Assembly (NCBI RefSeq): GCF_009834535.1
Contig: NC_045696.1
Location: 60,514,001-60,578,000, forward strand
Length of the DNA: 64,000 nucleotides
Origin: Camelus ferus
Lineage: Eukaryota
Direction of reading: 5' to 3'
Below are positions 24,893-35,682 of this stretch, one piece after another. Each line of letters opens with the position of its first letter. Within the stretch, counting starts at the first letter, position 1. The notes under the pieces are model-generated. The model was not told where the DNA came from and did no database searches. It was given only the letters and a program-made list of their open reading frames with translations. Both the position numbers and the translations under genes were made by a program.

Positions 24893-25489
24893 AGAAGATG
24901 TGTCAGCAGTATTAAATGCTGTAGTGTGATCAAGTGTCCAGGAAATCCGGCAATCTCCTGGGAAGCCATTTATTATTTTAGAGAGAGCCGGCTTAGGAGA
25001 CTGTGGACTCAAAGGCCAGACTACGATGGACTAAAGAGTGAGAACGGAAGTTGAGACAGCGATCCTAGCAATTTTTTCAAGATGCTCAGATATGAAGGAA
25101 AGGCCAGAGATAGGATGGCTGGAGGAAAGAATGGAGGCAAAGCCAGGCTGTGGGTTTTTTAAAAACTGGAAGAGATTTGAATGTGTTGAAATGTTACTGG
25201 GTAGCACGAACAGAGAGACTGTGTTCAGAGATAGAGAATCTCTCTGGGATGGAGAAGGCCAGCAGTGAGGCCAGGAGAAAGATGATGAGGGCCTAAATAA
25301 TGACCCTGTATAAGGCCTTACTTGTCAGGTTTATTGTAAATGCTTTACTACATTATCTCATTTAATTCAACTTTCAAAGGTAAGACTTTTATCACCATGA
25401 TATACACCAGAAAATAGACCTAGAAAAATGAAGTAACTTACCCAGAGTCACATAGTAAGAGGCGCAAAATTTGAAACCAACCCCTATGC

Positions 25490-25670
25490 CAGTGAGTCTC
25501 AAAGTGTAGTTCCAGGCCAGCAGCATCAGCCTCACCTGAGAACTCATTAGAAATGCAAATTACCATGTCCCACCCCAGAGGAGGGAATCAGACATTCCTG
25601 GGGCAGGGCCTAGTAATCTGCGTTTAACATGCCCTGCCCTCCAGATAACTCTGAAGTTTGAGAAGCACTG
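25490..25670. mobile_element. MER5A-like hAT-Charlie MITE
   Basis: TIRs CAGTGAGTCTCAAAGT / AGTTTGAGAAGCACTG; internal cagcagcatcagc...agaaatgcaaat. Confidence 0.85.
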
Positions 25671-26061
25671 CTCCAGGTGACACTGCCTTTCAAGGAAGGC
25701 CCAAACTGGAGCAGGTGTGAAAAAGATGATAGAAGAGGACAGACTGGAGAATTATTTAGACATTAAGGGAGAGTAACTGGGTGAAGGAACCCAGGATGAC
25801 TTCTAGGTTTCTAGCTTCAGTGACAGAGAAATCACCAAAAGAGAGAGGACGTTTTGGAGAGAAAGGTGATAAACTTAGTTTTGGACAAGCTGATGCTAAG
25901 TTCCAGGAGGCAAGCAGGTGGAGCCATCCAGTAGGCAAATAAATATATGCAGCAGATGGTTGAAGCGAAGGTCACACAGAGACAAGCCTGACTTAACATT
26001 TGCAGGCCCTGGGGCAAGAGTACACATGACCGGGACCTAAATATTTTAAAGTTATAAATCA

Positions 26062-26395
26062 CTTTCTGTGCTGGCGCTCGTTATGGTGCCACCAGGCGCG
26101 CCCTCATCATGCAGAACATCGCCGGCGAGTTCGTGGACCTGTACGTGCCGCGAACATGTTCCGCCAGCAACCGCATCATCGGCGCCAAGGACCACGCGGC
26201 CATCCAGATGAACGTGGCCGAGGCTGACAAGGTGACAGGCAGGCTCAATGGGCAGTTTAAAACCTACGCTGTCTGCGGGGCCATTTGCAGGATGGATGAG
26301 TAAGGTGACTCCATTCGCCACATCATCTCAGAGAACTTGAGACTGGAGAGGCTCATGGATGTGGAATATTTGTCATAAATAAATAGTGAAAGCCA
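26062..26395 (+). pseudogene. RPS21: Processed pseudogene of 40S ribosomal protein S21 (eS21)
   Basis: Intronless ORF 26109-26303 [29 protein letters not shown]... matches RPS21. Premature TAA at codon 65 and an apparent ~18-nt deletion afterwards. 5' TOP-like ctttct, AATAAA at 26378-26383, degenerate TSD (core GTTATAA). Confidence 0.97.
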
Positions 26396-27094
26396 AACGT
26401 TATAATTATAACTTTTTTTTCTGTTTTTCTTCTTTTCTTCTTTGTTTTTAGTTTTTTCCTATGTTGTTTTGTTTCTGATTTTATCTTCTTGTCTTAAATC
26501 TAACTTATTTTAAAATAAAATACATTGTCTTCTTTTACCTAAACAAATATATCTTCATGACAAAAATTTTTTTAATATGTATAAAGAGATGGATTTTATA
26601 CGACTGAAAGTTGGTAAAATGGCAGACAACCTGGGAGTTCTGTTGCTGGATCAGCAGTTGGGATGAGTCAAAAACTGTACACATAATTCGTAAATTATTC
26701 ATTTTCTTTATGAAATGTATTTTTCATGCCTTCATTTCAGCAAAATTTTCAATAATGTTATAATAGATTTTTATGTAATTTGTATGCAATTGACAGTAGT
26801 GATTCAAAGGGTTAAAAAATAAATGTAACTGTTCAAAGTCCACAAATTTTAAATTTTCATTAAAAATGTAAATCAAAGAAATGCAAAATTTTAAAAATTA
26901 TTTTTCACTTGAGTTTTTAAAGATTTTTTCTTCTAAACTATTCAAAACTTAAAAAGCAAAAAAAATTATAGTTAATGAATATCAACAACTTAAATCAAAA
27001 TTACTTAAGGTCAAAAGTTTTGATTTTTTGACAATTTAAACCTTGTTGAATGTTTTTATAAAGATAAAACTATTTGCAACTCTAGCAGCATTCA

Positions 27095-28386
27095 TGTTTT
27101 GTTATCTTTTGCTATATAGCAAATCATCTAAAAACTTAGTGCCTTAACACACCTGGGAGAATGACTATCATCAAAGAGTATACAAATAACAAATGTTGGA
27201 GAGGGTGTGGAGAAAAGGGAACTGTTACTCACTGTCGGTGGCAATGTAAACTGATGCAGCTACTATGGAAAACAGTATGGAGATTCCTTATAAAACTAAA
27301 AACATAACTACCATATTATCCAGCAACTCCACTCCTATGTATATATCTGGAAAAGAATGAAAACACTAATTCAAAAAGTATATGCAACCCAATGTTCATA
27401 GCAGCACTACTTAAAATAGCCAAGACATGGTGGCAACCCAAGTGTCCATCAACAGACATATGGATAAAAAGTTGTGAGATATATATATATATATATATAA
27501 AATGGAATAATACTCAACCATAAAAAAGAAAGAAATTCTGCCATTAGCAGCAACATGGATAGACCTAGAGAATAATATGCTTAGTAAAATAAGTCAGAGA
27601 AATACAAATACTGTATGCTATCATTTATATGTGGAATCTAAAAGTTAGTACAAATAAATGTATACACAAAACAGAAACAGACTCACAGATGTAGAAAACA
27701 AACTTGTGATTACCAAAGGGGAGATGGAAGGAGGAGGGACAAATTAGGGGTTTTGGATTAATAGATACAAACTACTATATATAAAATAGATAAGCAACAA
27801 GGATATAGTGTGTAGTGCAGGGAATCATAGGAGTTATCTTGTAATAACAAAATGGAGTGTAATCTGCAAAAATACTGAATCATTATGCTGTATACCTGAA
27901 ACTAACATAGCATTGTAAATCAACTATACTTAAATTAAAAAAAAAAAAATTTAGTGGCTTAAAATAATGAGCTCTTATTTCTCGCCATTTTGTAGATTGG
28001 CTGTTTCTAGTCTCTCCTGAGCTCTTCATGAGACTATAATTGTGTGGTGGCTCTGCTGGCACTGGATGGTCTAAGATGACCTCATTCACATGTCTGGGGC
28101 TATAAGGGGATGGCTCCCAGACTGAGACTTCTCTCTCCATATGGCTTCTCATCATTCAGTGCCTGAATGAAGGTGGCTTCCTTACCTGATGGCTGGATCC
28201 CAACAGGAAAGAAGAAGCTGCCAGTCCCATGAGCTAAGCCCTGAACGGGCACAGTCACTTCTGCCACTTTCTATTGGTCAAAGCAAGTCAGAAGGTCATC
28301 CTAAGCTCAAGTGGTGGGAGAAGTGGCATGAGGGACAGGGATGGGAAGAATGATGGGCACTATCTTTGCAAACAATTTACCCACAG
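27095..28386 (-). mobile_element. MaLR LTR (MLT1-type) split by an L1
   Basis: 'gttatcttttgctatatagcaaatcatctaaaaacttagtgccttaa' resumes after the L1 and ends 'ctttgcaaacaatttacccaca'. Confidence 0.8.
27148..27949 (+). mobile_element. 5'-truncated L1
   Basis: ORF2 end, 3'UTR and poly(A); 18-bp TSD with 2 mismatches at 27130-27147 and 27945-27962. Confidence 0.95.
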
Positions 28387-28803
28387 CCCATCAGGTTGCC
28401 AATGTAAAGAGTTGGTTATTTTCATAGCTTCACATAGGTTATACCTAGACCTACAAACATACAAATTCAAAATACTATGATATACTGAATAAAATGATAT
28501 ACAACTTTAAATAATAATATTGTGAAATGTTCCTCCTCCTTCCTATGCAACTATTGTGAGTAACAGAAGAATCATGATTTAGAATATGAAGAGAAGCAAG
28601 AAAATGGATGTTCAGCACTACTGGGAAATACTTTGTTATGCAATAATCTAATCTAAAGACTAATTTCATGTAGTCTGAGAAGAAGGATTTGTCCAGTGAA
28701 TTGTCTAAATATTTACCCTGCTCAAATCCTCTCCAAACTCAGAAGCAGCATCCATCTCCAATGTCGGGAGAATGAATTGAGAAGAGGCTGCCTTTTGTTT
28801 TAG

Positions 28804-28928
28804 GGACACAGAGTAAGAGATGCGGAGAAGTGTTCCCCTGGGACCTGAATGGTGTTAGTAGATGTTTAAAATATAGATCACACTACACCTGTGCTGAGTG
28901 CTGGATCCTGGATGACAAAGTTGCCCAG
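28804..28928 (+). pseudogene. Relic exon with LRRcap-like peptide
   Basis: Acceptor ccttttgttttag|, donor CAG|gtagtc. Stop-free TQSKRCGEVFPWDLNGVSRCLKYRSHYTCAECWILDDKVAQ, ending in phase 0. Confidence 0.5.
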
Positions 28929-29552
28929 GTAGTCCTCAATTACTTTACATTGTATATGTTTGCATATGTAGGGACCTCCAAAGAACATGATCTAGGGCAG
29001 GACCCTCTTGTCTAAGTCTAATGAAGGTACTGAGTTGGCACCATTGGATAGGGCATGATATGAGAGTGGAGAGATAATCCAGGGAGAGTGGGGAGACCAG
29101 CAAGGATGGAACTCTGGGGAATAAACACATTGTTTACAGAACGGATGGACTGAAATATCCATTGATAGGGGAAATGATTTAATAAATTATGGTGCATTCG
29201 TAAGGAACTTCTTCCTCTCATTCTCTCTCTCTGTCTCTCCGTTCCTGGCTCTCCCTACATATATATGCATAGACTGATCTCTAAAGTAAAGTGTAAAATA
29301 AAACAGCCAGCAAAGTCCAGGACAAAAGGTATAACATGATTTATATTATATTTATATCTCTCTTTCACATACATACTCGTGACCGCATAGGAAAAGGACT
29401 AGAAGCAAATGCACCAAACTGCTAAGGGTTTGGAGGTGCAAAAGGGGATTTTCATATTTATTCAGCCTCTTAAAATAACTTATTGTCTCTGAACATGAGT
29501 TTTCTTTTATATAAAATAGAGGTAATAATAGTAATCACTTCACAGAGTTCCT

Positions 29553-30720
29553 TTTAAAAAAATTGAGATACAGTTCACTCACCACAAAATTTACCCTTTT
29601 AAAGTGTACAATTCAGTGTTTTTTATTTAGTATGTTCACACAGTTGGGCAACCACCACCACTATCTAATCTAGAACATTTCATCACCCCATGAAGAAGTC
29701 CCAAACCCATAAGCAGTCACTCCCTACTCTCCCTTCTTCTTTCCAGTCTTGGGTGACCACTAGCCTACTCTCTGCCTCCATGTATTTGGCTATTCTGAAC
29801 ATTTCATCTAAATGGAATCATACAATATTTTCAAGGTTCATCCATGTTATACCATGTAACAGTACTTTATTCCTTTTTTTGTGGCTGAATGATAGTCCTT
29901 TGGATGAGGGTATCACAATTTGTTTATCCATTCATCAGTTGACAGACATTTGAGCTGTCTGCATTTTTTTGCCATTATGAATACTGTTGCTATAAACATT
30001 CCTGCACAAGTTTTTGTTGTGGGCATATGTTTTCATTTCTCTTGCATGCATGTCTAGGAGTGGAATTGCTGAGTCATATGGTAACTCTATGCTTAACTTT
30101 CTGAGGAACTGCCAAATTTTTCTACAGCAGCTGCACTATTTTACATTCCCATCAACAATGTATGAGGGTTCCAGTTACTCCATTTCCTTGCCAACACTTG
30201 GTATTGTCTGTCTTTTTTATCACATCCTATTGGGTGTGAAGTGGTATCTCACAGTGGTTTTGGTTTGCATGTCCCTGATGGCTAATGCTGTTGAGCATCT
30301 TTTCACATGCTTATTAGCCATTTGTATATCTTCTTTGGAGAAACGTGTATTTACTTTGCCCATTTTAAAATCAGGTTATTTATCTTTTTATTGTTGTTTT
30401 GTAAGAGTTCTTAACGTGTTCTGTATATTAATCCCTGATCAGGTATGTGGTTTGCAGCTATATTCTTTCATTCGGTGATTGTCTGTTCACTTTCTTGATA
30501 GTGTTCTTTGAAGCATGAAAGCTTTTAATTTCAATGAAGTCCAATTTATTATTTTTTAATTGCATGTGCTTTTGGTGTCATATTTCTAAAAACATTGCCT
30601 AATCCATGGTCACAAGAATTTACAACTATGTTTCTAACAGTTTTATCTATAAAGCTATATGTTTTAGCTCTTACATTTAGGTTGTTGATCCACTTTGAGT
30701 TAATTTTTATATATGGTGAT
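29553..30720 (-). mobile_element. L1MB-like 3' fragment
   Basis: 'aattgagatacagttcac...aaagtgtacaattcagtg' plus antisense ORF2 sequence. Confidence 0.9.
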
Positions 30721-30988
30721 AGGTCACAGAATTCTTATAATGATTCAAAGAAATGAATATTTCAAAGTACATCGTAAGTACATCATAAGCTCTTAGTGAC
30801 TGGTAGCTAGTATTATTACTGTATTATTTGTTTACCAAAATCACCAAACACACAACAGTCATTGACTAAACTTTGCAGAAAAATACCAATCTTATGACTT
30901 TGTGGTCACATCTGCTTTTTGAGACAAAACATAATATAATCACCTAATTTGTTTGCCCAACATGTTGTCCACTTTTGGTACCTGCTAG

Positions 30989-31095
30989 TTGTTTCTGAAA
31001 GATGAAGACTTGACACAGGTCGAGATTTCAAAGCAGAGGCAGTTCCCAAGGACAGCCAGCACCATCCTGGATGCTGAGACCCCTCTGTCACAAAG
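30989..31095 (+). pseudogene. Relic exon candidate
   Basis: Acceptor ...cctgctag|, donor AAG|gtaatt. Phase 0, stop-free LFLKDEDLTQVEISKQRQFPRTASTILDAETPLSQ; phase-compatible with 28804-28928. Confidence 0.5.
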
Positions 31096-31297
31096 GTAAT
31101 TTCTAGGTTCATGTGCGTATATATTTCTGCACCTGAGTTTTATGTTGAGTTAATTAACTTCTGATGATTCACCCACTACCCAAATGCTGCAGTTAAGTCA
31201 GAGCCCCAGCTACCCAAATATGCTAAGTATCTTTGGATGTCCAGTATTCACAGTGTTTCCATGTGGGTCTTTCTTTGAGACAGTCTCCTCGAAATCT

Positions 31298-31504
31298 CAG
31301 TGTTTCTAATAGGGTTGGGGGGACTTTGGTTATATTTGGCAATATCTAGAGATTTTTTGGTTGTCACAACTGAAGGGTGCACCACTGTCATTTAGTGGGT
31401 AAGGGCCAGGGACATGCTAAACATTGTACAATGCACAGGACAACCCCCCAAAACAAAAACGTATCCAGCCCCAAATGTTAATTGTGCTGAGGATGAGAAA
31501 CCCT
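31298..31504. mobile_element. MER20-like hAT MITE
   Basis: 'ttttggttgtcacaactg...gggccagggacatgctaaacattgtacaatgcacaggaca...gagaaaccctg'. Confidence 0.85.
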
Positions 31505-31544
31505 GACTAGACATATGAGCTGACTATGCTGACACCTTGAACTA

Positions 31545-31800
31545 GGGCAGCAAGACGTGAAGGCTCTGGAATCAGGCACAGCAGGATTCAAATCTCATCT
31601 CTCCCACTTACATCCTCTGTGAACTTGAGCAAGTTTCTTAACTTCTCTGAGCCTTAGTTTCCTCAGCTAATAATCACTCTAATAAATATATGTATGTATA
31701 ATCATTTTATAGAGATATTTAAAATCATCCAATATACATATAATGTATGGTACAGTGACTGGCACATATTAAACATCCTGTTATTAGCTCACATTAACAT
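31545..31800 (+). mobile_element. MIR SINE
   Basis: 'ggattcaaatc...gaacttgagcaagtttcttaacttctctgagccttagtttcctca'. Confidence 0.8.
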
Positions 31801-31849
31801 AGTTGTTAATGATATCCTAATAAAAATAATACCTCAGGGTTTTTTTAAG

Positions 31850-32615
31850 TCAGGTTTATTGAGTTAATTTACATAGGGTAAAAATCACCCTTTTTAAGTG
31901 CACAGTTCAATGAGTTTTGACAAATGTACACAATTGTGTAACTACCACCACAATCATGATATCAGTTTCATTACCCCCTAGGTTCGTCTTACCCCTTTGT
32001 ACAAATTCCCCTTTGTACACCCCACTGATCTTTCTGTCCCTATTGGGTTTTTTGCCTCTTTCAAAACATCATATAAATGGAACCACAGAACATGTAGCCT
32101 TTTAGTCTCGTTTCTTTCATTCACTTACATAATAACACTTTTGTGATTCATCTGTGTCTCTGCACACATCAGTAGCCTTGTTCCTTGTTACTGCTGACTA
32201 ATATTCCACTGTTTGGATGTGCCACAGTTTGTTCATCCATTTACCAGATGATGGACTTTCTGCTGTTTCCAGTTTTCCAACTATTATGAATACAGCTGCT
32301 ATAAACATTAGTGTACAGGTCTTTCTGTGGACATGCGTTTTTATTTCTCTTAGAACAAATATGTTTAATACCAGGAGTGAGATTTCTAGGTGTTATGGTA
32401 AATGTATTTTTAACTTTGTAAGAAACTGCCAGGCTGTTTTCCAAAGTGATTATATCATTTTGCATTGTTGATCTACAACCTGGCTAGCACGTGATGTTGT
32501 CAGTTTTTGTTTGGTTTTGTAATTTAATTTTAGTTATTCTAGAAAGTAGGTTTTGGTAATTTATTGTGTTTTAAATTTGCATTTACCCTAATAACTAGCA
32601 ATGTTGAGCTCCTTT
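31850..32615 (-). mobile_element. Old L1 (L1M-type) 3' fragment
   Basis: 'tttattgagttaatttacata...aagtgcacagttcaatgagttttgacaaatg'. Confidence 0.85.
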
Positions 32616-34619
32616 GTTTTGATTTTTTTTTTTTTACATATGGACCATTTTGGATGCTTTAAATCTCACAGAAACTGCATTAGGTGGGTAGAAATAAACA
32701 ACATGTTCATACCGAGAAGAATTAAATGCATGCCTTCTCTCCACCCCACCAACACCAAAGTGACTGCTTCTCCCTTTCCCATAAGAAAAGAAACGTCTGG
32801 TTTTGTACGCTCTAGCAACACAGAGCTGCAGCCAATCTGCGTCATCCTCACTGTGTAATTAGAGGCTGGAGGTGCCCACGTGTCTCATTTTTAGGATGCT
32901 GTGGGCTACATTTGGCCCAGATTAGGTTACACTTTAGGCATTCACTGCATATCTCTTCTTTTTTCCCCTCAACGTTCCGTTTCTCAGAAGGCTCTTAAAA
33001 GAACAGTTTCAGGTTGGAGTGACAAGTCTCACTCTCTGAGAACAGTAGGGTGGATAGAGACCTCCATCAGGCACACTCTCCAAAGCAGGAAAAGAAAGAA
33101 AAACAAGCCCCACCAGCCCTCGATGGCACAGCGTCTTCGACTCGAACCCAGGAAGCACGTATATTGCTTCATGTACTCAGCTCGTCTGTCCACAAGAATT
33201 CTGTTTGTTTCACCAAGTGGACACTGTCCTGCTCTCCCCTCTTCTCACATGGAACCCATCACCCCCACCGCTCTCCCTTGCTCTCTGAGCTATGGTTGCC
33301 AGAGGGTTCCCAGTTAAATGTAAATTTCAGGTAAACAATACATACATTTTTAGTTTAAGTGTATCCCATGTAATATTTGGAGCCCTCTTCCACTGCCAAT
33401 ATTGGAGAAGCTAGCTTATTTTTATTGATGGAGTCAAGGTCTTACTTGGAGAGAGAACCAAGAACTTACTTGATTTCTTTTAGCTCTATGCTTATTTGGG
33501 GGTTTTTGTTTGTTTGTTTGTTTCTTTTCTAGAGGCATATAGACAACTATTTATTTTCTCCACCACTATCAGTTACGGGACTTCAGAAGCATAAATGACC
33601 AGAGATAGATCACAATGACCTACCTTTCAGTAACAATTCCTGTTTGAAAAAACCAACAACAAAGTCAAGCTCTTTCTGGGCTAGCTCTGTGTCTAGTCAG
33701 ATGAAAAACTGACTACCCCTTGTTCCGCACAGCATAGCTGGGGAAGGAAGCAAGCCAATCTTTATTAAAAGCCACTTAAACTCATATCTTGAATCAGCCT
33801 GATATAAATCCATTCATTTAATGTTAGATTTTTTTAGTTATTGCACTGCTAGCAAACCCACTAGTAGCAAGCTTCCCCTGCAGAGAAAGGTACAAGCAGT
33901 TTCAAATCCTCCCCAGCCTCTTATATAAGGTTAACAGGAAAATAAATGCAAAAATATAAATAAAATAAATAGAACAAGCATTACTTTTAAAATAAGAGGG
34001 GAAAAAAAATGTATTGACTGCCTCCTATGTCCAAGTTCCCTGTGTGCATTATCTGAAAGTAACCAAGTTTCACTTAACATACTCTGAATAGTTAAGTAAT
34101 TTCCCCAATGCTCGTGGCGTAGCTTGGATTTGTAATGAGGATCAGTCTGATTCTGGAGTTGAGTCTCCCTAACTAATCCACACAAGTCTGACACCATAAT
34201 TATCTGAGAGAAGGAAAAACAAACTTTCCAATGAAAACGCTCAGTAGTGGATGGGAATTCTCACAATGAATCAGCCCCATATGATTCCAACAACGAAGCA
34301 AAACCCACACAGGCAGCTTTGACAGTGATATGAAGGATGGGTTCCAGGTGCCACAGCCATGGATTATTTAAGAGGCAGCAGTGAAGGGGCCGGACTGGAG
34401 ACTGGTGTTAAAAGTCATTGACACAAGGGGAATAAAACTGTATTGTAATTGCCAGAACCAAAGCAGGGAGGAGATCGGGAATCCAGGCAAGCAGAGAAAT
34501 CCAATCACATTTCTAGCCACCAAAGCACCATGAAGTGACTATGACTCTGAGGTAATGTCTGGACCAGCCGCAGCTTGGTCAGGGACTGGGACCTGTGTCC
34601 TCAGGTGTGATGCCAACAA

Positions 34620-34880
34620 CAACAAAAGTTAACACTTACATAGCACTGTCCAGGTGCCAGGCTCTGCTCTAAGTGCTGTGCAACTTTTAACCCATTGAAT
34701 CCTCACGATAACCCTTTGAGATAAGTACTCTTATTATCTTCCCTTTGTCCTGGAGGAAACTATGGCAGAGAGAGACCAAGTGACTTGCCCAAGATCCCAC
34801 AGTGAATAAGTGGCAGAGCTGGGATTCAAACAGAAAAGTCTCAGTCCAGAGTCTGTGCTCTTAACTGTCCCGCCGTGCTG
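34620..34880 (-). mobile_element. MIR SINE (near full length)
   Basis: 'gtgccaggctctgctctaagtgct...aatcctcac...gtgacttgcccaagatc...gtggcagagctgggattcaaac'. Confidence 0.9.
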
Positions 34881-35239
34881 CTATGTGCTGAGTATCTGCA
34901 CCCATCCAGGAGACAGGACAAGGCAGTACTAGAAAGGTCTGAGGACAGGTCTGAAGCCGGCATTTGGGATCAGCTTACCAAAGGAGGGCACTGAAGGTAG
35001 AGAAGAATGGCAGTGGAGAAAGCATGGTTAGAGCAGGGGTAGAGAAGGGAAAGCCGCCAAGGTAGACAAAGAAGGAACAATCATAGAGGTGGGAAGGGAA
35101 TCTGGACTGGGGAGCACAAGGAGGAGGAAGCTTCAGGAAGAAAGGTTATCCACAGTGCCCAGCACTGCAGAGAGATGAAGAAGAGTGGGGCCTGAGAAAC
35201 GGACATTGGAACAGGCACTTGAAGCTTGTGTTGATAAGA

Positions 35240-35682
35240 TGCGGGTTATTCTACAAGAACACAGAGTTGGCTGCTGCAATAAAGGCCAAAATAACAGTGT
35301 GAAGCGTATTTCCCTTCATGTAACAGCCCAGCATAAGCAGTTCTGGGCTAACATGGCCACGCTGTCTTGTTGGGAGACCCTTGCTCCTTCTGTCTCGGTG
35401 CACTGCCATCTTGAGCGTGAGATTTCTGTTTCACATCTAAAACGACTATTCCTGTCATCCTTCCACCTTATAGGCAGGATGAAGGTTAAAAGCTTCATGG
35501 AAAAATGGCTCTTCTTATCAAGAGGATGGTCCCAGAAGTTACACACATGGCAACACCTAGCTGCAAGGGAATCTGGAAAATGCATTTGGTAGCTGGGCAG
35601 TCTGGTCCTTGCCTAAAACTGATGGGTTCTATTTCTAAAGGAAGAAAACGAAGACAGATACTGGGACACAACTCTCTACCAT
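35240..35682 (-). mobile_element. Old MaLR LTR (MLT1J-like)
   Basis: 'cacatggcaacacctagctgcaagggaatctggaaaatgca'. Confidence 0.7.

Larger units (their letters stand above)
25983..28760 (-). mobile_element. Decayed hAT (Tip100/Zaphod-like) DNA transposon, interrupted by later insertions
   Basis: Minus-strand translation at ~26715-26762 gives YNIIENFAEMKA*KIHF, resembling a hAT transposase C-terminus (FAxxKARK). Terminal-like 'ggccctggggcaagagtaca' at ~26005. Right boundary uncertain. Confidence 0.55.

Noticed and set aside
30014..30478. 154-aa hydrophobic ORF
   Set aside because: Antisense reading of L1 ORF2.
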